Shown here: positions 1 through 7,564 of the stretch, piece after piece
Position numbering within the stretch: position 1 is the stretch's first letter
How the letters are laid out: each line of letters starts with the position of its first letter
Assembly (NCBI GenBank): GCA_016839745.1
Contig: JAEOTS010000102.1
Coordinates: 1 to 15,740, forward strand
Source: Promethearchaeota archaeon
Lineage (GTDB): Archaea > Asgardarchaeota > Lokiarchaeia > Sigyniarchaeales > SOKP01
Direction of reading: 5' to 3'
Length of the DNA stretch: 15,740 nucleotides
The notes under the pieces: model-generated
Seen by the model: the letters and a program-made list of their open reading frames with translations, nothing else
The model's database searches: none
What the model was told of the DNA's origin: nothing
Position numbers and translations under genes: made by a program

Positions 1-129
1 GGCGAGGAGCTCGCAGATGTTATTTTTGCTATAATCTGTGTTGCTAATTATTATAAAATCGACATTAACGACGAATTAGACCTTGTAATTGAAAAATTTA
101 CTAAAAGAGATTTAAAACGTTTTAAGTAG
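1..129 (+). CDS. MazG-like nucleotide pyrophosphohydrolase, 3' fragment (truncated by window start)
   Basis: Not in the ORF track. Frame 1 translates as GEELADVIFAIICVANYYKIDINDELDLVIEKFTKRDLKRFK*. EELAD is the MazG metal-binding motif, and the ...KF.KRD..RF end resembles the YpjD-like MazG subfamily. Confidence 0.85.
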   Translation, partial: GEELADVIFAIICVANYYKIDINDELDLVIEKFTKRDLKRFK

Positions 130-262
130 GTAGTAAGTTTTACCGTTTTCAAAAGTATTCTCCGAAAATAAAACTTAATTTGTAAAATCTTAATTCTTTT
201 AAGCTTTTTATTTTTTAGAATTATAGGTAATTATAACAATAAATATTTATTCATCTTAAAAA

Positions 263-1438
263 ATGCAAGAAGAAGGCTTAGAGAAACGATTTATTCTTAA
301 TTTGCTGGAAAAAAAGCTAGAGAAAGATTTTTCTTACGATTCAGGAGCAATTTTGGGATCTATGTGCACAGAACCTTTAGATGTTGCTAAAGAAATCTAT
401 CTCAAATATATTTCTAAGAATTTAGGAGATCCTGGGTTATTTTTGGGCACTGCTGCATTAGAGGATGAACTTATCTGCGAAATTGGTGAATTATTTGGAA
501 ATAAAAATATTATTGGAACTTTTACTACTGGCGGGTCTGAAGCAAATTTGATAGCTATGAGGATTGCCAGAAATTTGCGATCTGATATAAAAAATCCCGA
601 AGTTGTGGTTCCAGTTTCTGCTCATATTTCCTTTGATAAAGCAGCAGATTTATTAAACCTTAGATTGAGAAAGGTAAAGTTATTAGATAATTATAAGGTA
701 GACTTAAATCATTTTGAATCGCTAATTAACAAAAACACATGCGCAGTTGTAGGAGTTGCGGGTACTACTTCATTAGGTTTAATTGACCCAGTTGAAGAAA
801 TAGGTAATCTTGTTGAAGGAAAAGATATTTTCTTTCATGTCGATGCCGCCTTTGGAGGTTTTGTTTTGCCTTTTCTCAAGAGGTTAGGTTATCAAGTTCC
901 ACTATGGGATTTCTCAGTAAAATCTGTAGGTTCGATTACAGCCGACCCCCATAAAATGGGTTTAGGAGTAATTCCTTCAGGTGGCTATTTTGTTAAAGAC
1001 GCTTCAATATTACAGAAAACAGGTTTTGAGATTCCTTATTTAGCGGGAGGACCTTTTAAACACTTTCATATCGTTGGGACTAGACCAGGAGGCCCAATCA
1101 TAGCGTTTTGGGTAATATTAAAGTATTTAGGCATAAATGGTTTTAATGAAATTGTAAAGAAATGTATGGATAACACTGAATACTTAGTGCAACGAATATC
1201 TGAAATTCGCGGGATAAAATTAGCTGTGGATCCTGTTATGAATGTGGTAGGGATCACCACGGAAAATGGAGTTAGCATATGTGAACTCGAGAAAGCATTA
1301 CGTAATGATAATTGGATGTTAGGGAAATTCCTAGATTTAAATTTAATTAGAGTGGTGATAATGCCGCATGTAAAAAGAGAACATCTATCTAATTTTGCTG
1401 TTGATTTAGAAAAAATAGTAAAAAAACTAAAATTATAA
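263..1438 (+). CDS. mfnA: Archaeal PLP-dependent L-tyrosine/L-aspartate decarboxylase (MfnA family, group II decarboxylase)
   Basis: Motifs ILGSMCTEP, NLGDPGLF, TTGGSEAN, SAHISFDKAA, HVDAAFGG, the PLP lysine in ADPHKMG, and GTRPG. Length is 391 aa. Confidence 0.92.
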   Translation: MQEEGLEKRFILNLLEKKLEKDFSYDSGAILGSMCTEPLDVAKEIYLKYISKNLGDPGLFLGTAALEDELICEIGELFGNKNIIGTFTTGGSEANLIAMRIARNLRSDIKNPEVVVPVSAHISFDKAADLLNLRLRKVKLLDNYKVDLNHFESLINKNTCAVVGVAGTTSLGLIDPVEEIGNLVEGKDIFFHVDAAFGGFVLPFLKRLGYQVPLWDFSVKSVGSITADPHKMGLGVIPSGGYFVKDASILQKTGFEIPYLAGGPFKHFHIVGTRPGGPIIAFWVILKYLGINGFNEIVKKCMDNTEYLVQRISEIRGIKLAVDPVMNVVGITTENGVSICELEKALRNDNWMLGKFLDLNLIRVVIMPHVKREHLSNFAVDLEKIVKKLKL

Positions 1439-1556
1439 TAAGTAAGAATTTAGTTTTTAATTATATCCCTCAGAAATATATTTATTAGTCGAAAAGTAAT
1501 TTAATAACATATACAAGATTATTAGGGTAAAATTCCTCTTTAGAACTGAATAGAGA

Positions 1557-2333
1557 ATGGGAAAAGAAAAAAAAAAAACGCTTGGAATAAAAACTACCCG
1601 TTATTTTACGAAAAGCTGTACTAACTGTATGTTCGAATACCCAAATTGGTTTACTAATTGTCCTAAATGTGGTGGCGCTTGGGATGCTGCTAAGGCAGAG
1701 GAAGCTTTAGGACGAAAGGAAACTTTTAAAAAAACAATCAAAATCGTCGTTAAAATAACAGAAGAAGATTTCAACAATACATTAGAGAGAGTTCAGCTTA
1801 TTTTTAGTGCTGATCGTGGAAAATCGTGGTATCGTTTGAAGATGGAACACGAATTAGATTATTTTATAGCAGAGATTGCTGACGTTCCAATGGGTTCAAT
1901 TATCATCTATTATATTGAAGTTCTGCTAGCTCACGGCGAAGTTGTAATTGAAAATAATGAAGGAAAATACTTTCATTATGAGGTTGGCATTCCTATCGAA
2001 GAATCACAGGCAGATCGACGTATTTCGCAAGAAGCTACAACACCGAGTGAATATAACGAGAGCCCAGAAGTGGGTAATACCTCGATAGAAGAACCAAATC
2101 TCAAGATTCAAGAAAATTTACTCGATTCTTCAGTTCTCCCATCCCAAATTCGTGTTACCAATACAAATATACAACCCCCACAACAACCAAAAATGTATAA
2201 TATTGAGGATAATGTAACTATTTTTGGAAAGCTTCAGACTCAAAAAGATCCAGATTTAAAAATATGTCCTTATTGTAATTCAAAGATCAAAAAATTGTGG
2301 AGCACTTGCCCTATCTGTGGTAAAAATATTTAG
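1557..2333 (+). CDS. Hypothetical protein: N-terminal Zn ribbon, central Ig-like/CBM-like beta-sandwich, low-complexity linker, C-terminal Zn ribbon
   Basis: CTNC-x10-CPKCG at the N-terminus and CPYC-x10-CPICG at the C-terminus. The middle has a beta-strand pattern (VQLIFSADRGKSW..M..YFIAEI..G.IIIYYIEV..NNEGKYFHYEV). No signal peptide or TM segment seen. Confidence 0.75.
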   Translation: MGKEKKKTLGIKTTRYFTKSCTNCMFEYPNWFTNCPKCGGAWDAAKAEEALGRKETFKKTIKIVVKITEEDFNNTLERVQLIFSADRGKSWYRLKMEHELDYFIAEIADVPMGSIIIYYIEVLLAHGEVVIENNEGKYFHYEVGIPIEESQADRRISQEATTPSEYNESPEVGNTSIEEPNLKIQENLLDSSVLPSQIRVTNTNIQPPQQPKMYNIEDNVTIFGKLQTQKDPDLKICPYCNSKIKKLWSTCPICGKNI

Positions 2334-2345
2334 AAGATTTAAAAA

Positions 2346-4115
2346 TTATAATTTGTTACCGCACTTATTACAAAATGCGTAATCAGAAGATAAAATAGAC
2401 CCGCATTGTTCACAGATTAAGAGATCTTTAGATTTTTTTTTTTGTTTTTCTTCTTGAATCGGTTGAGTAGATGTAAATGTAGTAAAAGTATTAGAATCGG
2501 CTTCAATATCCGCTACATTAGGTATAATTCTTAATTTGGATGTCCCTTCTTCCTTAGTATTACTCTTTCCTGTGAAGGGTATGAAGGGAACGCTTTGATT
2601 AGACGTGAGGTCTTCATTTTTTTGAGTAAGAGTTTGAAATAAGGAATCTATCTCAGGTTTGGGCTTTTTTGGAGCAGGAGGGAGTGAAGGTTTAGATTTT
2701 GTAGGCTCAAGTTGCTTTTCCTTTTTAATTTTTTTCGATTTCTTCATATCCTCAATTAGTTTCTCTTGCTTCTCCCGTTTTTCAACGGTTTTCTTCTCTT
2801 TTTCAATTTTGGCTTTCTCTTTATCTTGTTTCTTTTTCTCCTTAGCTTCCTTTTTTTTCTCTTTTTTCGTTATAATTGCTTCAGGCATGTAATCATGTAA
2901 CGAATCAGAAGAAGATCTCCGAGGTGTTGGGGGCGGAAAAATGGGGGATTTATCAGTCAATTCTTCTTGAGGTTTAGGGCTATATTCAAATGTCATTGAA
3001 GCTGGTTGAGGTTTAGGAGGTTCTTCCCTTTTAAGTACGCGAAATGGAGTATGGCCAAAAGAACTTTCTATTGGTTTTTCCGAGTAAGAGCTCTGAAACT
3101 CTTTGGGAGGTGGTGCTGGTTCTGGAACATTAGACGTAAAAGGAATAGTTTTTGGTTTATAAATCTTATCATCATTAGCTAAAGCTTCTAGTTCTGATAT
3201 TACAGCATCTTTTTTCAGAATTTCATCGGGAGGTCTAAATTCTATTTCGGTTGGTTCGGGTAATGAGAATTCGGGGATAAATTGCGGTTCCGTCGCTGGT
3301 GCTGGTTCGGGGACAGGTGGAGCTTCAAATTCGATCTCTGGCTCAGACTCAGAAAAGGAAGCAGGTTCTACTAATTTAGTTAATGTCGGTTCGGGGACAG
3401 GTGGGGCTTCAAATTCGATTTTAGGTTGTGCATCAAAAACCTGGGGGGGTTCGGGGACAGGTGGGGCGATATATGCGTCTGGAGGTTCGCTAGAAGGCAT
3501 CACACGTGAGGGTATTTGAGCGTCTTCTTTAATAACCTGTCCTGGGGCATAGACGGTAGCATTTGCAATCAGCTGCTCAGGAACACCCTGTCCTATCATT
3601 AAGCACGCAAGAATATAAAAACAATCCCCTACTCCATCACCTGTTTTAGCTGAAGTTTCCATATAATGCAAGTTGAAATCATTGGTAAATTTACTAATTT
3701 CTTCTGCTGAAATAGCTCTTTGGTCAAGTAAATCACTTTTATTTCCAACGAGCAATACTGGAATTTCAGCTTTTATGTTTGCTCTAACTTCTTCTATCCA
3801 TTGGGGTAAATGTTCAAAACTTGCGGAATTTGTTAGATCAAAAACGAGTATTGTTCCTAACGATCCCCTATAGTACATTGGTCTTATAGAACTAAATCGT
3901 TCCTGACCCCCTGTATCCCAGAGTTGGAGCTTACACTTAATAAATCCTTCAGATGTTTCAATTGAAATTGTTTTCACGTGAAAATCAACCCCAATTGTCA
4001 TTTTATAATCCTCTGTAAAGAATCCTTTTGAAAACCGGAGTGTAAGAGCTGTTTTACCAACTCCCCCATCACCTACAACAATAGATTTAAAAAGATAATC
4101 GTATTCATCAGCCAT
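2346..4115 (-). CDS. Rab-like small GTPase with a ~410-aa Pro/Glu-rich and Lys/Glu-rich tail ending in a Zn ribbon
   Basis: G1 GDGGVGKT, G2 TIGVDF, G3 WDTGGQ, G4 NKSD, G5 ETSAK. N-terminal EYDYLFK. C-terminal CEQC-x10-CNKCG. Confidence 0.92.
   Translation of the reverse strand: MADEYDYLFKSIVVGDGGVGKTALTLRFSKGFFTEDYKMTIGVDFHVKTISIETSEGFIKCKLQLWDTGGQERFSSIRPMYYRGSLGTILVFDLTNSASFEHLPQWIEEVRANIKAEIPVLLVGNKSDLLDQRAISAEEISKFTNDFNLHYMETSAKTGDGVGDCFYILACLMIGQGVPEQLIANATVYAPGQVIKEDAQIPSRVMPSSEPPDAYIAPPVPEPPQVFDAQPKIEFEAPPVPEPTLTKLVEPASFSESEPEIEFEAPPVPEPAPATEPQFIPEFSLPEPTEIEFRPPDEILKKDAVISELEALANDDKIYKPKTIPFTSNVPEPAPPPKEFQSSYSEKPIESSFGHTPFRVLKREEPPKPQPASMTFEYSPKPQEELTDKSPIFPPPTPRRSSSDSLHDYMPEAIITKKEKKKEAKEKKKQDKEKAKIEKEKKTVEKREKQEKLIEDMKKSKKIKKEKQLEPTKSKPSLPPAPKKPKPEIDSLFQTLTQKNEDLTSNQSVPFIPFTGKSNTKEEGTSKLRIIPNVADIEADSNTFTTFTSTQPIQEEKQKKKSKDLLICEQCGSILSSDYAFCNKCGNKL
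3304..3467 (-). repeat. Intragenic direct repeats encoding (IEFE)APPVPEP
   Basis: GGTTCGGGGACAGGTGGRGC occurs at 3304, 3388 and 3448. The first two copies extend to 32 bp (3304-3335 and 3388-3419, one mismatch). Offsets of 84 and 60 nt keep the reading frame. Confidence 0.9.
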
Positions 4116-4382
4116 TTTGAATCTTCCATTAATTTATTCGATCTATATTTTTAAATTTAAAACATCAAACAAAGTTCTTATATTATAATTATTAATAAAA
4201 ATTTATTTAATTATACTTTTGGATAATTTACATCTTATTCTCTAAATTCCTCTTGATAAATAAAAAAGTATTTTGAATATATTTTGAGGGTATACTCACT
4301 AGTTTGAACATAAAAATCATTTATATACTTAAACAACCTTATATCCATTTTGTTAGGTTGTTAGCTTATTAAAACCTTGTTG

Positions 4383-5258
4383 TTACTTTATTTCTTCTTC
4401 AATTTCAACGCTTTCAAACCAACTTTCAATCTCATTCAAGTCTTCTTTTGGAAATTCGTAGGAATGCTCTATATCGGGATATGATCCTCTTTCTACCTCG
4501 TTTTTATAGTTTTTTATAGCCTTTCGAACCGAAGTACCAATATCTCCAAAATATTTGAGAAATTTCGGTTTAAAATCTGTAAAAAGCCCCAACATGTCAT
4601 TTATGACTAAAATTTGCCCATCGCAATGCGATCCAGCGCCAATACCAATGGTAGGGATGTTTACCGATTTTGTTATTAATTTTGCAATTTGCCAGGGAAT
4701 GCTCTCAAGCACGATTGAAAATACTCCTGTTTTTTCTAACTTCTTAGCATCTATTATTAACTTTTTGGCGGCCTCTACGGTTTTTCCTTGTGTAAAGAAA
4801 CCTCCAAATTCATATATTGCTTGAGGAGTTAGTCCTATATGCCCCATTACTTGTATATCTGCATCGATCATCGCTTTTATCGTGGGACAGATTTTAGCTC
4901 CACCCTCAACTTTCACAGCTTCCGCGCCACCTTCTTGAATAAACCTTCCCGCATTTTTTACTGCCTCTTTGATCCCGATTTTGTAAGATAGAAAGGGCAT
5001 ATCGCCAACTACCATAGAATTTGACACCCCTCGAGTCACGGCTTTAGTGTGGTGAATCATTTCGTCCATGGTGACTGATAAAGTATTTTTATATCCAAGA
5101 ATTACCATGGAGAGGGAATCACCTACGAGAATTAAATCTATCGCACAATCATCGACGATTTTAGCAAAGGAATAATCGTATGAGGTAATGGTTACAATTT
5201 TTTCTCCCCGCTTTTTTTTCTCGATGATTTTTTTAGCAGTCATTTTTTGAAGCGCCAT
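4383..5258 (-). CDS. panB: 3-methyl-2-oxobutanoate hydroxymethyltransferase (ketopantoate hydroxymethyltransferase)
   Basis: Motifs TSYD, LVGDSL.MV, DMPFLSY, AVKVEGG, MGHIGLTPQ, PTIGIGAG..CDGQILV.NDMLG and PKF.K. Confidence 0.97.
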   Translation of the reverse strand: MALQKMTAKKIIEKKKRGEKIVTITSYDYSFAKIVDDCAIDLILVGDSLSMVILGYKNTLSVTMDEMIHHTKAVTRGVSNSMVVGDMPFLSYKIGIKEAVKNAGRFIQEGGAEAVKVEGGAKICPTIKAMIDADIQVMGHIGLTPQAIYEFGGFFTQGKTVEAAKKLIIDAKKLEKTGVFSIVLESIPWQIAKLITKSVNIPTIGIGAGSHCDGQILVINDMLGLFTDFKPKFLKYFGDIGTSVRKAIKNYKNEVERGSYPDIEHSYEFPKEDLNEIESWFESVEIEEEIK

Positions 5259-5368
5259 ATATGAATTAGCCCTATACTTTAGAAAAATATTTTGTTTATT
5301 TGTAAATATAGAAGCTTGAAAAAATTCGATATCGATAAGAAATATGAAAATATTGGATAAATTTGAGT

Positions 5369-6346
5369 TTATGTAAAACTTATATGCAAAATATTTCTTA
5401 GTTTTTCTAATTCAATCTTAATTTCGTTAATATTACTTACTGTCGTACTTACTCCTATATAAAAAGTATTATCTTTATTCTTGGATAAGATTGAAAATTT
5501 TTTAACGTACTCGGTTTTATCCGTCGAAAATGCTATTCTATCGTCTATATCGACGTTCTCATCTTTTAACCTCTGAAAAAATTCGAGATCCTCGCTAATC
5601 TTATTACTTATTTTCTCCTCAAATTCTCTTATGTCCATCGTGTCTATGTAATGATCAGATATAATTATCCCCGAATCAGTGTATAAAATTGCATATCTAC
5701 AATTAAATTGGTTTACTAACTTATTTAATCCGTCATCAATATCGTCTAAATTTAATAAACTATTTAACGAATGAGAAAAGGCTTTGGAAATTGATGAGAT
5801 GTCGTAATATGACGTGTTATAAAATACAAATTTAATATCCTTGTTCTGCGATTTAATCACTTTTTTAATCATATCCGCCCGATCTAAAAATTCTTCACTA
5901 TTTCTAAACTTGGGATCAAATTTGTTAAAACATATTATTACCTCATTTGAATAACTCAAAGCTCTATAAATATCAAGTAGTTCGTGAATGTATTCTACGG
6001 TTTCTTCAAATTTGATTTCATCTTGAACATCTATAAGATAATAAATATAATCTGTATCTTCAAAATAAATAGGATTATTGACGTAAATTTTTCTGAATTT
6101 TTTTTGTCCCCCCATGTCCCAGAGATTAATTCGAAAGGTTTTAAGAAACTTGAAAGAGCTGTAATCTATTTTTATTGTAGGTTTTAAATTTTTAACTCGC
6201 TCATAAAAGTTATACTTTTGTCTTAACGCTATTAAAGCGCTAGTTTTGCCAGCGTTATCTAGTCCTGCAATAACCAGCTTAAATTCGTTTGATTTGTGAG
6301 GATTTTCGGTCATAATTCTTGAGTATTCACTTTTTTTAATAGACAT
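5369..6346 (-). CDS. Arf/Rag(Gtr)-like small GTPase with C-terminal roadblock-like domain
   Basis: G1 GLDNAGKTS (Arf-like), G2 KPT, G3 WDMGGQ, G4 NKFD, and G5 TSYYD, which resembles Rag TSI[WY]D. A further ~125-aa domain begins with a helix followed by YAILYTDSGIIIS, a roadblock-like pattern. The start may be the second Met (MTEN). Confidence 0.82.
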   Translation of the reverse strand: MSIKKSEYSRIMTENPHKSNEFKLVIAGLDNAGKTSALIALRQKYNFYERVKNLKPTIKIDYSSFKFLKTFRINLWDMGGQKKFRKIYVNNPIYFEDTDYIYYLIDVQDEIKFEETVEYIHELLDIYRALSYSNEVIICFNKFDPKFRNSEEFLDRADMIKKVIKSQNKDIKFVFYNTSYYDISSISKAFSHSLNSLLNLDDIDDGLNKLVNQFNCRYAILYTDSGIIISDHYIDTMDIREFEEKISNKISEDLEFFQRLKDENVDIDDRIAFSTDKTEYVKKFSILSKNKDNTFYIGVSTTVSNINEIKIELEKLRNILHISFT

Positions 6347-6513
6347 TTTCTAAAATTAATTTATAAATCTTGTTTTTTTTATTTATTTTTATTGATTTTT
6401 CCGATAGTTTACTGAAGAATATCAATTTAGAATAATCTAATTATTATCAATAAGGTTTTTTAGTATACTATTCATTAAATAAATCTGATAAAATAAACAA
6501 GGATTTGATATTT

Positions 6514-7539
6514 ATGGATGCTAAAGAGATAGATTATTATTCTCTAGGTTTCGATTTTATTGAAACTAAAGAAATGTTCGTTTCAAATTATGAAGATGGC
6601 AACTGGGATAAAGGAAAATTAAAGCCTTTCGGTAATTTTGAGATTTCACCCGCTGCTTGTGTGTTAAACTATGGGCAAGGAATTTTCGAGGGTATGAAGG
6701 CTTTAAGAACTAGAAAAGGAGAGACGGTTCTTTTTAGACCGAAAGAAAACGCAAGAAGGTTTAACGATAGTGCCGACAGATTATTAATGCCAAATTACAA
6801 TACAAACGATTTTGTTTCTGCTGTAAAGGAAGTAGTGAAAGCTAACGAAGATTATATACCCCCTTATGATAGTGGTGGAGCGCTCTATATTCGTCCTTTA
6901 ATGATTGGAACGGGCCCCATAGTTGGAGTTAAACCCGCTAAAGAGTACAAATTAATAATTTTCACGGTTCCAGTAGGACCCTATTTTCCAGAAGGTTTTA
7001 AAGGTATCGATTTAGAAATTACAAAAAAATATACAAGAGCAGCCCCCGGGGGAACTGGTGCGTCTAAAACCTGTTGTAATTACGCAGGATCTATGCTACC
7101 TGCGAAAGAAACGAAAGAAAAGGGATTTGCACAAGTGATATTTCTAGACGCTGTCCATATGGAATTTATAGACGAAGTCGGAACAGCCAATTTTTTTGCG
7201 GTGATAAATGGAACTCTGGTAACCCCAAAAACCGCTGGAACGATTTTACCTGGTATTACTCGAAAATCAATACTAGAATTAGCGTCAAAGAAAATCGGAA
7301 TGAAAACGGAAGAAAGAGATGTTTCCTACAAGGAGTTGTTTGAAGATTCTTGTACTGAAGTTTTTTGCTCGGGAACTGCTGCTGTTGTCACTCCAATTAA
7401 ATCTGTTGCACTTGACGATAAAAAACGGATTTTTAGCGAAGGTGAACCAGGCGAATTTACGAGAAAAATTTATGAGCTCTTAATAGGAATTCAGCGTTTA
7501 GATGCCGAGGATGAATTTGGATGGATTGAGAAAGTCTAA
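6514..7539 (+). CDS. ilvE: Branched-chain amino acid aminotransferase (PLP fold type IV)
   Basis: Motifs LNYGQGIFEGMKA, LFRP..N..R, LYIRP, RAAPGGTGASK (PLP lysine)..NYA, EVGTANFF, TILPGITR.S and SGTAAVVTPI. The ATG at 6514 is preferred over the TTG at 6505. Confidence 0.96.
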   Translation: MDAKEIDYYSLGFDFIETKEMFVSNYEDGNWDKGKLKPFGNFEISPAACVLNYGQGIFEGMKALRTRKGETVLFRPKENARRFNDSADRLLMPNYNTNDFVSAVKEVVKANEDYIPPYDSGGALYIRPLMIGTGPIVGVKPAKEYKLIIFTVPVGPYFPEGFKGIDLEITKKYTRAAPGGTGASKTCCNYAGSMLPAKETKEKGFAQVIFLDAVHMEFIDEVGTANFFAVINGTLVTPKTAGTILPGITRKSILELASKKIGMKTEERDVSYKELFEDSCTEVFCSGTAAVVTPIKSVALDDKKRIFSEGEPGEFTRKIYELLIGIQRLDAEDEFGWIEKV

Positions 7540-7564
7540 CAATTCTTTTAATTAGCAGATTAAG

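Noticed and set aside
1066-1278. 70-aa minus-strand ORF
   Set aside because: Antisense shadow inside mfnA with no motif.
2659-2892. 77-aa Phe/Ser-rich ORF that looks hydrophobic
   Set aside because: It is the reverse complement of the AAA/GAA-rich Lys/Glu tract of the Rab tail.
3304-3467. Three 20-32 bp repeats with spacers, superficially CRISPR-like
   Set aside because: Periods are unequal (84 and 60), both are multiples of 3, the repeats lie inside a CDS and encode a peptide repeat, and no cas genes or leader are present.
3673-3873. 66-aa plus-strand ORF
   Set aside because: Antisense to the Rab G domain.
4555-4824. 89-aa plus-strand ORF
   Set aside because: Antisense shadow of panB.
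5984-6187. 67-aa plus-strand ORF
   Set aside because: Antisense to the Rag/Arf-like GTPase.
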